The position numbers and the translations under genes were made by a program. A DNA stretch of 64,000 nucleotides from Candidatus Marinacidobacterales bacterium (GTDB lineage Bacteria; Acidobacteriota; Vicinamibacteria; Marinacidobacterales; SMYC01), in the NCBI GenBank assembly GCA_965237955.1, contig OZ250169.1, forward strand, positions 7,904,001 to 7,968,000. Reading direction: 5' to 3'. Of this stretch, positions 18,109 to 29,695 are shown piece after piece. The notes under the pieces are model-generated. The model did not search any database, was not told the DNA's origin, and saw only the letters and a list, made by a program, of their open reading frames with translations. Every line of letters starts with the position of its first letter. The first letter of the stretch is position 1.

Positions 18109-19665
18109 ATGGCAGCTAAGAGGTTATCGATGAGAAAAATACGAGAGGTTCTAAGGTTAAAGTACGAGCTGGGTTTTACTCACCGCATGATCGCAAAGGC
18201 ACTTCGCGTGGCGGTTGGAACGGTGAGTGAGTACCTGGCCAAGGCGAAGAAGGGTGGTCTGAGCTGGCCGCTCCCGGAGGAGCTGAGCGACGGGGAGCTG
18301 GAGGCAGGGCTGTTTCCGCCGCCGGGCTCGTCTGGCGCACGGCCGGGTCTGGACTATGCCCACATCCACGAGGAGCTGAGGCGTCACCGAGAGCTGACGT
18401 TGCTGCAGCTGTGGGTGGAGTACGCGGAGAATAAGCCGGGAGCGTACGGCTACAGCCGTTATTGCGAGCTGTACGGTCAGTGGAAGAAGAAGCTGAACCC
18501 GACGATGCGTCAACGGCATCGAGCAGGCGAGAAGACATTCGTCGATTTTTCGGGGAAGAAGCCTCACATCGTCGATCCGAAAACGGGAGAGCTCGTCGAA
18601 ATGGAGCTGTTCGTCGGGACGTTGGGCGCGAGCAGTTACACCTACGTCGAAGCGACACTGAACCAGTCGCTGGAATCGTGGGCGAAGGCCCATAAGGGGA
18701 TGTCGGATTACTTCGGTGGCAGTACGGAGATCTGGGTTCCGGACAACTTGAAGAGCGGCGTGGATTTGGTGGACCGTTACGAGCCAGGGATCAACCGGAC
18801 GTACGAAGAGCTGGCGACGCATTACGGTGCGGTTGTGGTCCCGGCTCGGGTGTTCAAGCCGAAAGACAAAGCGAAGGTGGAGTCGGCAGTGCAGGTGGCG
18901 CAGCGCTGGATCCTGGCGGTGCTTCGTCATCGCACGTTCTTCAGCCTGGCGGAACTGAACGAAGCCATCTGGGAGAAGTTAGAGGTCCTGAATGCGCGTC
19001 CGATGCAGAAGCTCGGTGTGAGTCGGCGGGAGTTGTACGAAAGGCTAGACCGGCCCGTACTGAAACCGCTACCGCAGGAGAGCTACGAGTTATCGACGTG
19101 GAAGCGGTGCAGAGTGAACATCGACTACCACGTGGAGGTGGAGAACAACTTGTACAGCGTTCCCTATCAGCTCATTCACGAGAAAGTCGAGGCACGGGTG
19201 ACGGCCTCGGTGGTGGAGGTCCTGTTCAAGGGAAAGCGCGTCGCGTCGCATCCCCGCAAGAAAGGAAAGGGGCACTACTCCACGAACCCGGAGCATATGC
19301 CACGTTCGCATCGGGAGCACCTGGAGTGGACGCCGTCGCGGCTGCTCCACTGGGCGGAGCAGTCAGGTCGCGCCACGGGAAGGCTGGTTGCGGGGATTCT
19401 AGAGAGTCGGCCTCACCCGGAGCAGGGATTTCGCTCTTGCCTGGGAGTCATGCGACTAGGCAGCCGCTGGGGCAGTGAGCGTCTCGAGGCCGCTTGCGCA
19501 CGAGCGGAAGCTTTGAGCTCTTACAGCTATCGCACGGTGAAAAACATTCTCTCGGCTGGTCTGGATCGTGTGGTGCTCGAATCGGACGCCGAAGCGAAAC
19601 CGCGAGAGGAGCACGAGAACATCCGAGGCGCGGATCACTACGAAGGAGGAGAGTCCCGATGCTGA
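18109..19665 (+). CDS. istA: IS21 transposase IstA
   Basis: N-terminal HTH, VDFSG, VPDNLKS, KDKAKVE, YSVP motifs. Confidence 0.95.
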   Translation: MAAKRLSMRKIREVLRLKYELGFTHRMIAKALRVAVGTVSEYLAKAKKGGLSWPLPEELSDGELEAGLFPPPGSSGARPGLDYAHIHEELRRHRELTLLQLWVEYAENKPGAYGYSRYCELYGQWKKKLNPTMRQRHRAGEKTFVDFSGKKPHIVDPKTGELVEMELFVGTLGASSYTYVEATLNQSLESWAKAHKGMSDYFGGSTEIWVPDNLKSGVDLVDRYEPGINRTYEELATHYGAVVVPARVFKPKDKAKVESAVQVAQRWILAVLRHRTFFSLAELNEAIWEKLEVLNARPMQKLGVSRRELYERLDRPVLKPLPQESYELSTWKRCRVNIDYHVEVENNLYSVPYQLIHEKVEARVTASVVEVLFKGKRVASHPRKKGKGHYSTNPEHMPRSHREHLEWTPSRLLHWAEQSGRATGRLVAGILESRPHPEQGFRSCLGVMRLGSRWGSERLEAACARAEALSSYSYRTVKNILSAGLDRVVLESDAEAKPREEHENIRGADHYEGGESRC

Positions 19666-19917
19666 CACCCGAAACGATAGAAAAGATGAACGCCATGAAG
19701 TTGTTCGGCTTGGTGTCCGCGTTCGAAACCCCGTCCTGTGCCAAAACTCGGCCCTTTTGAAATAGACCATCAGTGTCATGAATTGACGGACACGAGCTAC
19801 CCTCAAAAGGAGTGGAAATGAAGTAAAGGAATTGGAATCCTTCGTTCAAGGGGAAACCGTAGTACCCTAAGAGCGTCTTTCAATGCAGAAGGGGGCAGTG
19901 CCATTTGGAGGAGGACT

Positions 19918-20169
19918 ATGGCCAAAGCGCGAGTGTTGACGAGGTCGGAACTAGCCGAGCATTTGGGCGTCGATAAACAGATGGTAACAAAATGGGAGCG
20001 GTCTGGGATGCCGGTCCACACTAGAGGGCGCGGCGTGGCGTCTCAATTCCGTCTGCGGGAGGTCCGGGCTTGGCTAAAGGTGCGGGAAGCCAAGGCCAAA
20101 GCGGCGGAGAAGGCAAAGGTGCGAGAAGCCAAAGCGGCAGAGAAGGCGAAGAAGACAGCGAAGCAATAA
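19918..20169 (+). CDS. Lambda gpNu1-like (terminase small subunit DBD / MerR-type wHTH) small protein
   Basis: ELAEHLGVDKQMVTKWERSGMPV..RG resembles the Nu1 N-terminus; RBS GGAGAGG; Ala/Lys-rich tail. Confidence 0.7.
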   Translation: MAKARVLTRSELAEHLGVDKQMVTKWERSGMPVHTRGRGVASQFRLREVRAWLKVREAKAKAAEKAKVREAKAAEKAKKTAKQ

Positions 20170-20223
20170 GACGCGGCGGCGATGAGATGAGACAAGTCTG
20201 ACTGCGCGAGTCCTTGGAACTCG

Positions 20224-21380
20224 CTAGTCTCGCGGCTCGCGGTTGAGATTCTCCAGAGCATTGGTCGTGCGAATCGATTTCCACATGACACGAGGGAATT
20301 CGTAGAAGGTCAGCAGCTGATTACCGGCCTGCTCTAGGCTTCGGACGACGGCCGGTGTGAGAGGCGTCCACTTGGCGACGAGTTCGTCATAGGCTTTGCG
20401 AGCATCGATGCCGTTCTTGGCGTAGACGATCCGGTTGTAGTCACGCCGGAGCTCACGGCGTGCGTGCGCCGGGCAATGTTCGAGCAAGTTGGCGCGCTTG
20501 TGCTCGGTACATCGCTGCACCCGGCACCCCGGCCACTTCTCGAGCGCTTTCGTCAGCCCCTTGTGGCCATCGCTAATCACTAGCTTGGGAGCCCGGAGTC
20601 CTTGCGCCTGGAGTCCCTCCAGCATGGAGCCCCAATGCGTCGAGGCTTCGCTCACCGCCAGACGCAATGACTACAGACGTTTCTGCCCGTCTGGCGTGAC
20701 CCCGAGCGCGGCCAGTACGGGTACGCTGATCACACGCTTCGCCATCCGCACTTTCAGGTGGAAGCCGTCCAGGTAAACGATCGCATAGACCTCCTCGCTG
20801 AGATCACGGTTCTGCCATTCTTCGAAGCACTCCTTCAGACGACTAACCACGCGAGACACCGCGCTCTTCGATAGGTGCTCCTCACCGAGCAGTGGTTTCA
20901 GCGCTTTGCGGATCCGGCGGCTATTTGTGCCCGACAAGTAGGTCCCCAAGATCGCCTCGTCGACCTCACGAGTCCGGCGTGCATACCGGGGCAACAGCTC
21001 GCTCCTGAACTCTGTCGTTTCTCCCGTTTCCTCGTCTCGCACGCGGGCTCGTGGCACCCGGAGCTCGCGAGTTCCCACCGACGTCGTCACGCGACGGGTT
21101 TCGGCTCCGTTGCGATATCCACGGCGGTCTTCCGCACGCTCGTAGCTACCACACCCCAGCGCTTGGTTGACTTCTTCCTCGAGCACGACCTCGATCGCCT
21201 CCAGTACCCGCTTACGCAGCCGAAGTTGGACGAACTCCCGGTACTCGCTTACAGACTCCTTCGATATGGTGGTAGGCTTCTTCATGGCGTAATCCTCCTC
21301 CTCGCCTTTACAGGCGTGGTTTGGTTTTTCTTAACCGGAGGTTACGCCATTCTTATTTCCACGGGAATCGGGACAGATCC
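20224..21380 (-). mobile_element. IS256 family element, in-frame TAG at 20671-20673, 3' truncated
   Basis: YRNG, VYLDG, ISDGHKGL, QRCTEH, IRTTNALENLNRE motifs; left end at 21380. Confidence 0.92.
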
Positions 21381-21383
21381 GCG

Positions 21384-21593
21384 CGTCCTGTCCAAAAACA
21401 CAAACGAACTCAAGACTGGCGCGCCGGGACGTTTCGGATCAGAGACGTCTGAGGCTTGGTTGGCCAATGGAAAGCTAGAATCCTAGGTCATGAGGAGGCA
21501 GAGCCAGCCCTGGACATAGTTGGTCGTCGCCATCCCTGGTTGGATCCAGCGTGACCAACAGGCCGCTATTCGTTTGTGTTTTTGGACACGACG
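21384..21593. mobile_element. 210-bp MITE bounded by two inverted right-type IS481-like termini
   Basis: CGTCCTGTCCAAAAACACAAACGAA ... TTCGTTTGTGTTTTTGGACACGACG; partial homologs at 41163-41272 and 2094-2152. Confidence 0.75.
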
Positions 21594-21691
21594 CCTGACG
21601 ATGAGAGAACTGTGTCTTCAGAATTCTGGTTCAAACTCTAGCACGCAGACCGGTTAGGGGTTGGCCGCCAACACTTAATTGCGGAAGCACC
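21594..21691 (-). mobile_element. IS1-like left-end fragment
   Basis: Homologous to 57959-58057; IR GGTGCTTCCGCAATTAAGTGTTGG. Confidence 0.8.
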
Positions 21692-21798
21692 AAACTGCCT
21701 GTAACCAGGATGCTTTGGTCGTCTTCATGTAGGACGTCTTTAGGGTCGGCGTCCGCTCCATCGGCTATTTCAAAAAGGCTGAGTTTTGGCACAGGACG

Positions 21799-22485
21799 GG
21801 TTCACCACCTCGACGGTGAACAGGTCTGTCGCAGCGATGGCGCCCCAATGAGCCTTGATGAAGGTGCTCCACGACATGCTCCTGCCCCGCTCCGGCGCAG
21901 GAGCGATACCGTGCTCGGCGAGGATCCTCTTGATAGTGTTGCGTCCGAGTTCATGTCCGAGGTTCTTGAGTGCGCCTCGCAGGCGCGTATATCCCCACGT
22001 CGGGTTCTCCCGCGCCACGCGCACAATGAGCTCACGGATGTCCTTCGCCGTCGGAGGTCGGCCTGGACTCCGGTTCTTGCTGCCATCGTACTTGGCTGCG
22101 ATGAGGTGGCGGTACCAGCGCAGAAGCGTAGCGGGTGTGGCAACGGACGCAATATGGGCCAGCGCCTCGCGGCCCAAAGCCTGGGCCTTGACGGCGAGCC
22201 TGCGCCGGTCGTCGTCCGAGAGCCTGAGACGCTTGCCCCGAAGCCCGGCTCGGAGCACACGGTTCTCCTCTTGCAGGTAGTCGATCACATCCTGCTGCTG
22301 GCGGTTGACCCAGCCAGCCACAACGAGCAGTAGGAATTGCGCGTGGTACGTCATCATGGAGCTGAAGATAACACCCTCGGGCCAGACGATTGTAAAGCCT
22401 ACGGCCCTTGGCCCCGGCGCAAACACAGACACTAAGCTGCTGATTTATGGCCTATTTCAAAAGGGCCGAGTTTTGGCACAGGACG
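21799..22485 (-). mobile_element. IS481-like (rve integrase) element: left end + N-terminal half of transposase (ATG 22357)
   Basis: GWVNRQQQDVIDYLQEENRVL, TPATLLRW, ENPTWGYTR, DLFTVEV; cut by another copy of its own end. Confidence 0.85.
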
Positions 22486-22521
22486 CGGTCGGCCCTGAAT
22501 GCCTCAACTTGACAGTAGTTT

Positions 22522-22570
22522 CCGGATTCGGTAGTGCCGCAGTATCAAACTGCGGCACTACCCCGGATTC
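22522..22570. mobile_element. 33-bp palindromic mini-element with 8-bp direct repeat flanks
   Basis: CCGGATTC-GGTAGTGCCGCAGT-ATCAA-ACTGCGGCACTACC-CCGGATTC. Confidence 0.7.
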
Positions 22571-22605
22571 GCAACAATAGCGCATCCTTTCCCTGGGGAT
22601 TCGCG

Positions 22606-22983
22606 ATGAAGATTTATCGCCTCTGTCGGAAACCCGCCGTCACCGTCCCAGCCCTCGCTTCGGTCAAAGAAGCGCTTGAATTGATGACGAAAGAGAAAGT
22701 CGGCGCGGTCGTGGTGCTTGAGAACGAGGAGGCCGCTGGCATGTTCACGCGCCGAGATGCCATCGAGCGCGTGGTGCTCGAGAAGCTGTCTCTCGGCGAG
22801 CTGGGCGACGCCCTGAAGATGATGGTGGCAAGGCCCTTCAACCACATCCCGGTCGTCGACTCCGAATCGAAGGTTGTGGGCCTCGCCACAACGAAGCCTC
22901 TGATGAAACAGACTATCGAGAAGCTCTCAGACGAGGTGGGGTCACTCGAAGCCTACATCACCGCCGACGGGATTGGTGGTTGA
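22606..22983 (+). CDS. CBS domain protein (probable internal deletion)
   Basis: KVGAVVV..GMFTRRD and HIPVVD motifs; the linker between the CBS repeats seems to be missing. Confidence 0.75.
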   Translation: MKIYRLCRKPAVTVPALASVKEALELMTKEKVGAVVVLENEEAAGMFTRRDAIERVVLEKLSLGELGDALKMMVARPFNHIPVVDSESKVVGLATTKPLMKQTIEKLSDEVGSLEAYITADGIGG

Positions 22984-23150
22984 CGGGTTCTTTCGCCATC
23001 AAGTGCTAGCGACTGCGGGCAGAGGCACGATGTCGGGAGAGAGCGGGTTGCGCGCCTCCGTGAACAGGAATACCTCAACCCCGAGAGCCGATGCTCTGTC
23101 GTCAGGACGTCAATGGCCTGACGACGTGCGGCCGGCGTTACCGTTTTCGG

Positions 23151-23200
23151 CTTAGAACATCCTTGATTGCGGCGTTCTCGAGGGCGAGTTCGGCGTACAT
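23151..23200 (-). pseudogene. IS3 family (IS407-like) OrfA C-terminal scrap
   Basis: MYAELALENAAIKDVL. Confidence 0.55.
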
Positions 23201-23201
23201 C

Positions 23202-23227
23202 CTGTGCCTTCTATTTATCCATCCGCG
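23202..23227. repeat. Solo IS481-like terminus TGTGCCTTCTATTTATYCATCCGC
   Basis: Copies at 24074-24098 (reverse) and 56466-56489. Confidence 0.6.
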
Positions 23228-23256
23228 CGCACCGAATTTGACTTGTCCCTTCCACT

Positions 23257-23480
23257 TGTCCCTTCCATAAACTCGAGCTGTATGAGATTGGCGAACTGCC
23301 TACAACCAGGATGCTTTGGTCGTCTTCATGTAGGATGTTTTAAGAGCCGGTGTCGGCTCTACTCAGGGGTAGAGGTGTAAGCTGGTGCGAAGTCCGGCAG
23401 CCGTTCCGAGCGGATCGGCTCAAGCAGCGCGTCGAGAGTAATAATGATGGAGACCACCGACCTTTGGAATGGCCCTCACT
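23257..23480 (-). mobile_element. Right end of IS481-like element (second copy of 3642-3858)
   Basis: Clear alignment with 3642-3858. Confidence 0.75.
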
Positions 23481-23653
23481 CCCGTCCTGTGCCAAAACTC
23501 GGCCCTCTTGAAATAGACCACAAATCAGCAGCTTAGACGCCCTTGGAATCCGCCGACCCTTGGGCTGCGTGGCGAGCTACGGGCAGCGAACTTCGCACCC
23601 GGAAGTCCCTCATTAGACTGGACTTTATCGAGCAGAAGAGCGAACGTTCGGTG

Positions 23654-23950
23654 ATGCCGCAGGATACAGGGGTTGGCCGGATCGTCGTTTTGGACGGTTT
23701 GGACTTCGCCAGCTTACGGCGGGTCTGGGAGCAGGCCTTCGGGGCTGCTCCCCCACGCTCGCTCTCTCGCGTTTTCATGCACCGCGTTCTTGCGTACGAA
23801 CGCCAGTGCCGGACCCTTGGCTGGCATTCGGCCACAACCCGGCGCGCTCTGGCTGCCATGGCGAACGGGACGCCAGGCAACGGCGCCGCCGCTCCCGCAG
23901 GGTCCGTTTCTGCCGGCACCCATCTCGTCCGTGAGTGGAATGGCCGGACC
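23654..23950 (+). pseudogene. DUF2924 (module copy 2), truncated
   Basis: Near-identical to 4528-4818; cut by the left end at 23952. Confidence 0.88.
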
Positions 23951-24174
23951 GCGTCCTGTGCCAAAACTCGGCCCTTTAGAAATAGACCACAAATCAGCAG
24001 CTTAGACGCCCTTGGAATCCGCGCAGAATCCAGGGTATTTCGCACCGCAGGGCTGACTTCCGACCCATGGGCTGGCGGATGAATAAATAGAAGGCACAGG
24101 CTGGTGGACGCCTCCGAGGCTGGCTACGCGGTGGAGGAGCTTGATGCCATTGTAAGGGTTGGGAGGCTACCGAA

Positions 24175-24987
24175 ATGCCAGAATTACCGGAAGTAGAAAT
24201 CTGGCGAGAAAACCTCGAACGCTGGTTGAAAGGACGTCGCATACAACGCGCCAGCGTTCCCGACGCGCTGCTACGTGGCAGGCAATCTCGCCGCAAGGTG
24301 GAAGCCGGGCTCGAGGGCGCGAGAGTCTGCGGGGTCGAAAGACGCGGCAAGTTCCTCGTTTTTGATCTGGGACGAGCGCGTTCGGCGGTGCTCGTGCACT
24401 TGGGGATGACGGGGACGTTCGCGCGCGTGACTAAAAAGGCAGAGCTCCCCAAGTTCACCCGCGCGACGCTCGAGCTGTCTCGCGGCGAGCGCATTGCTTT
24501 TCTCGACCGACGACGGCTCGGGGAGTTTCGCCTCGTTACGGACAAGGAAAAAAAGCGCCTCGACGCGCTCGGAGTGGAGCCTCTGGAGCGTGAGTTCACA
24601 CCCGCTCGCCTTTACGAGCTCGTGCAAAAGTCCGCGCGTCCGATCAAGATTTTTCTCATGGATCAGAAACGCATCGCGGGGATTGGAAACATCCATGCCG
24701 CCGAAGCTCTTTTTCTCGCCGGTATCCATCCGGAGCGAAGCGCGTCCGGACTGACACGAGAAGAAAGCGTGCTCCTCGCCCGTTACATCCGCCGCGAGCT
24801 CCGGGCTGAGATCGCGCGATCGCGCTCGGAAAACCTCAGGTATCTACAGCAGGGCGAAGCGAACCGGTTCCGGGTGTACGGGCACGCGGATGAGCCGTGC
24901 CCGCGATGTGGTGCGTCGATTGCAAAACTCGTCCAAGGGGGGCGATCCAGCTACTATTGCCCCGAGTGCCAACCCAAGAGGAAATGA
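24175..24987 (+). CDS. mutM: Formamidopyrimidine-DNA glycosylase
   Basis: MPELPEVE start, RRGK, HLGMTG, GIGNI H2TH, C-terminal CPRC...CPECQ zinc finger. Confidence 0.96.
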   Translation: MPELPEVEIWRENLERWLKGRRIQRASVPDALLRGRQSRRKVEAGLEGARVCGVERRGKFLVFDLGRARSAVLVHLGMTGTFARVTKKAELPKFTRATLELSRGERIAFLDRRRLGEFRLVTDKEKKRLDALGVEPLEREFTPARLYELVQKSARPIKIFLMDQKRIAGIGNIHAAEALFLAGIHPERSASGLTREESVLLARYIRRELRAEIARSRSENLRYLQQGEANRFRVYGHADEPCPRCGASIAKLVQGGRSSYYCPECQPKRK

Positions 24988-24988
24988 C

Positions 24989-25777
24989 ATGAACCGCGAA
25001 GATCTGAGCCTGTCGACACGAGCCATCCATTCAGGCGCGAGTGGACCGCGCGAGAATCGACCCGTCGTCCCGCCCATCCATTTGTCCGCGACGTTCGAAT
25101 CGAAAGACGTCGACGAGCAAGTTGCCATCGAAGAGGCGAAAGCCGATATGTTCTACACCCGCTACGGCAATCCTACCCTCACGATTGCCGAGCGCACCGT
25201 CGCCTAGCTCGAAGGAGCAGAATCGGCCGCGGTGTTCGGCTCGGGGATGGCCGCCATTACCACGACGCTTCTCGCGCACTTGCAGCGGGGCGACCACGCG
25301 GTCTTTCAGCGCGAGGTTTACGGCGGAGTCCATCGATTTGCCTACGAGCTCCTTCCGCGCTACGGCGTCGACGTCAGCTGGTTCGAGGCCACCGATGTCT
25401 CCGGCTTCGAAAGCGCGATTCGAGACAACACCAAAGTGGTGTACGTAGAATCACCGACGAACCCGACGTTGAAGCTCGTGGATATCGAGCGCGTCACGTC
25501 GGTAGCGAGACCACGAGGCATCGTCTCACTCATTGATTCGACGTTCGCCACTCCGCTCAACACCCAGCCGCACACGCTCGGCGTCGACGGCGTCCTGCAC
25601 TCCGCTACGAAGTACTTGGGCGGCCATTCAGATTTGCTCGGGGGCGTCGTCACCGGATCGCGCGAGCTCGTCGATTGGCGTGAAATCGTTCATGCGGGTG
25701 CTCGGCGGCATCCTCGACCCGCACGCGAGCTACCTCTTGATCCGCGGGATGAAGTCTTTGGGACTTCGGGTCGGACG
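24989..25777 (+). pseudogene. Cys/Met metabolism PLP enzyme (cystathionine gamma-synthase/lyase family), disrupted
   Basis: YTRYGNPT, SGMAAI, ESPTNP, DSTFATP, HSATKYLGGHSD. TAG at 25205, frameshift near 25680, cut by IS. Confidence 0.92.
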
Positions 25778-26861
25778 GGCGTTGTTGCACCGCTCTGGCT
25801 GAGAGCGAAATCCGCCTATGGTGGTGGCCGAGGTATGTTCGAGCATGAAGTATCCCAAGCGCTGCCAGTACAAGCACGCGAAGCAGAAGAAGTACCACGT
25901 TCGCAACTGGGCGGAATACAACGAAGGGCTGCGCCGCCGGGGCGATTTGACAGTCTGGTTTGACGAGGAGGCAATCGCGAACTGGAAGGCCGACAAGACC
26001 GGTAAGCCTGGCGGTCAACGGGTCTATTCAGACATGGCGATTGAAACGGGCCTGGTTGTCCGGATGGTGTACAAGCTCGCCTACCGACAAACCGAAGGCT
26101 TCTTGCACTCGATCGCCTCGCTTCTCGGGCTCGGTATCGAGATCCAGGACTACTCGACGTTGTGTCGGCGCTCGAGGTTGCTCCGCAAGAAGCTGCGGAT
26201 TCCGAAAGCCGCGAGCACTCAACCCATCCACCTGATGATCGATAGCACGGCTTGAGGATTCATGTTGGAAACGCTCGCAAACCGCCAAAGCAGCGCGCAT
26301 GGCGCAAGTTGCACATCGCCGTTGATCGCGAGACAGGGAACATTGTTGCGTCCGAACTGACGGCGTCACGAGCTCGCGACGCAACCCGAGTCCCCGCTTT
26401 GCTAACACAGATTCAAGCACCTCTAGTGTCGGTGGCGGCGGACAGTGCATACGACAAGGAAGCGGTCTACGAAGCCATCGAAGCGCACAGTCCTGGACGA
26501 AGGACGCGCGTGGTGATTCCGCCGCAACGAAACGCGACGCTCAGTCAGAATTCGAACACCGCCATGCAGGAGCGCGATCGCCATATTCGTGCAATCGAAA
26601 GACACGGCCGACGTGAATGGTACAAGCTCTCAGGCTACACCAAGCGAAGCATGGTGGAGAACGCGGTCTATCGTTACAAGGCGATCATCGGGCCGGAGAT
26701 GCGGGCTCGAACGTTGGCGAGGCAACGAGTTGAACACCGAATTGGGTGCGAGATACTCAACAAGATGGCTGCGCTCGGGATGCCCGATACGTACTGCGCC
26801 GGGTGACTCTGCAACCGGCACAGGGAGGTCAGCGATTTGCTCCGGGCCGTGCAACAACGCC
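25778..26861 (+). mobile_element. IS903-group element A (copy 2), -1 frameshift near 26250
   Basis: Both IRs perfect; 1084 bp versus 1085 bp for intact copies. Confidence 0.96.
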
Positions 26862-28533
26862 CTCCGACGATGCAAGAGCTCGCCTCGGTGCGTCGCTTTT
26901 TAGACGGGCTGTGTTCCGGTACTAATGATGATAGTGCCTCGGCAGCCCCCCTGCTCCGTCTCATCCGGCGGGTCGATATCAGCCCCGGCTCTGTGTCCAT
27001 CCTGCTCGACCGCAATACGTTCGCTGCTTGCCTCTCTATGGGGCCCGAGCGCATTCGCGAGGATGCACTCCGCATCCTCGCACCGTTCCGCTTGCGTCGA
27101 CGCGGCGTCGAGACCAAGCTCGTTCTGGGCAACCCCACGAAATCCGTCGACCGCACACTCCTGCGCAATATCGCCAACGCCCTCTCCTGGCTCAACCGAA
27201 TCAAAGCAGGCAAAACCTATGAGCAGATTGCAACCGAAAACGCCATCCCAACGGACCGCGTGCGCAAGGCAATCCGTTATGCCTTCCTGGCTCCCGACAT
27301 CGTCCGCGCCATTGTCGAAGGCCGCCAGCCCGTTGGGCTGACCTCGAGCTACCTCTTGCATCATCCGCTTCCCGACGATTGGGAGAAACAGCGAGTGCTC
27401 GTCAAAACGCTGTGAGCCTGCCAGCGCCCACTCCGTGAATCGGCTCGGTTAGCAGCAAGCTGCTCTCCGACACTGGCCTCCACCAATCAGCCTCAACTTG
27501 GCCTAAATTCCCTGTCATGGTTTCCAGACTCGGATAGCTCCTTGTACTGGACCGTCTGCGGAGTCATCTTCGTTTCCTCCGTAAAGCTCCGCTGGATGAA
27601 TTCGAGGTTTGGCTAATTCGAATTCCGCTATTCGCCTTCTCCTCAGGCGCGATCTAGGCGTTAAGCGTCTTCTCATTGTCTGCACGATTAAGCGCAAAAA
27701 CGTCCCGATAAGCCCCAAAATCGCCCCAAATTGCACGCTAAGGGCCTGTTTAGCTCTGTTTCTGATCGTTTCCAGCCAAGAATCGGAAGCTCCACTCGAG
27801 CCTCCCGACTGCGATAGCCGGAAAGATGTTCCCGTCGACGAACATTCGCTGATGAGACGTAAAGCCTTTTGCGACAAGGAGTAACGGTTGGAGCCGCCTC
27901 CGGAGGGTTTACGACACGGCCCTCTTTCAAGCGTCCAGGAGGTTGAGATTGCCGTACAAAAAATTTGATTGAAGCAAATTCGATTCCGGCTCGGAACGAG
28001 CACCCGTCGATGAGATGTGCGGGGACCAGCACGTGGTGGCTTCCGTTAAGTCACTGTAAAAAAACAGGATAGAACGCTATGGGCGTCAGGGCTTCTCTGA
28101 GTTTTCGCTACATTGCCCCAACCACGCGCACGGACAAAAGTTCGATCCTGACTCCCGAAATTGCCAAAATACCTTTTGCCGAGACCGGATGGCTCGAGAC
28201 TGCACCATCCGCCACCCAGTCCGGTAAATTGTGGCACTGCAGAGACGGATGAGGTTTTCCGCGCGGTTGGCGGGGTTTTGCAAGGGTAGGTGGCACCAGA
28301 GACGCGCTAGAAGGGCGGAACGGGCCTCATTTTCGGTATTCGTCTCTAATCCCGATTTTCGAGTGCCACGTTTGCGCCCAAATAGGAGACGGACGCTGAC
28401 CGGGCCGTGCGGCCGCCCAAAAGAGGCCACCCGAGAGGCCCGGAATCGAAGCCGGGGCGACCGTGGCGTAGCTGGCCTAGCAAGTTCTGGTCCAGTTGCG
28501 GCCCGGGCCTCCTTTATGGCCATCTTTCCACAG
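26862..28533 (+). mobile_element. LSR module copy 3: LSR C-terminal part (to 27415) + downstream 1.1 kb
   Basis: Aligns with 6069-7740. Confidence 0.9.
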
Positions 28534-29339
28534 GGTATTGTCAAATTGAGCTGGTGACTGACAGAATGGTCCAATGAAGACCGATGCGCCGAGCTACCAC
28601 GGCTATCGATTTCCACCGGAAATCATCAGCCACGCCGTCTGGCTCTACCACCGATTCTGCGTGAGCTTTCGAAACGTCGAAGAGTTGCTCGCTCAGCGAG
28701 GCATCACGGTTTCTTACGAAGCGGTCCGACTGTGGTGCATTAAGTTCGGGCCGGAATACGCTCGACGACTGAAGCGTCGGCAGGGTCGTCTCGGTGACAC
28801 ATGGCACCTGGACGAGGTCTTCATAAAGATACAAGGTGAACGCCAATACCTCTGGCGCGCAGTAGACCAAGATGGTGATGTAATCGATATCCTCGTCCAG
28901 CCTCGCCGTGATCAGAAAGCCGCCAAACGATTCTTCCGCAAGCTGTTGAAGGGGCAAGGCCGTCCGCCCTGGCAGCTGGTCACCGACAAACTGAGAAGCT
29001 ACATCGCCGCTCACCGCGAGGTCATGCCGTCCGTCGTCCACGACACTGACCAGTACAGAAACAACCTAGCCGAAGTCTCGCACGAACCGACGCGACAACG
29101 GGAACGACAGATGCGGAAGTTTAAAGCTCCTGGGCAGGCGCAACGATTCTTGACCGTGCATGGACTCGCGCAAAATCTCTTTCGCGTCGGACGGCATTTG
29201 TTGCAAGCGCATCACCATCGGGAGCTACGAGACCGCGCTTTCATCATCTGGCAGGAGGTAACCTGTGCCGTCCGATGAGAGCAAAGGAAGGCAGCTCGAC
29301 GCGATAGGTTCGCTCGCTCAACGTCAACTTGACAATACC
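28534..29339 (+). mobile_element. IS6 family element (transposase 28574-29278)
   Basis: IR GGTATTGTCAA; GYRFPPEII, WHLDEVF, YLWRAVD, NNLAEVSH motifs; 806 bp. Confidence 0.96.
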
Positions 29340-29694
29340 TTTGGGGCTGCTCCGCCAAGCTCGCTCTCGCGTATCTTCATGCGCCGCGTTCTCTTGCACG
29401 AACGCCAGTGCCGGACCCATGGCGGGCATTCGGCCACAACCCGGCGCGGCTCTGGCTGCCATGGCGAACGGGACGCCAGGCAACGGCGCCGCCGCTCCCG
29501 CAGGGTCCGTTTCTGCCGGCACCCATCTCGTCCGCGAGTGGAATGGCCGGACCTACCAGGTCGAGGTAATCGACAACGGCTATCGGTTCGATGGCAAAAC
29601 CTATCCGTCCCTCACTACCATCGCAAAGCGAATCACCGGCACCCACTGGTCAGGACCACGCTTTTTCGGTCTCACGCCCAAGCGCAAGGCCTAA
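29340..29694 (+). pseudogene. DUF2924 (module copy 4), 5' truncated and frameshifted
   Basis: Aligns with the other copies. Confidence 0.88.
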
Positions 29695-29695
29695 C

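Larger units (their letters stand above)
17889..19731 (+). mobile_element. IS21 family element (left end, istA, truncated istB)
   Basis: TG terminus with tandem internal repeats. istB (ATG 19659, MLTPETIEKMNAMKLFG) is cut by an IS481-like end. Confidence 0.93.

Noticed and set aside
25205-25207. TAG recoding (also IS256 at 20671)
   Set aside because: The duplicate copy has GAG, TAG ends intact genes (MTase, IS110, APC permease), and no pyl genes are seen.
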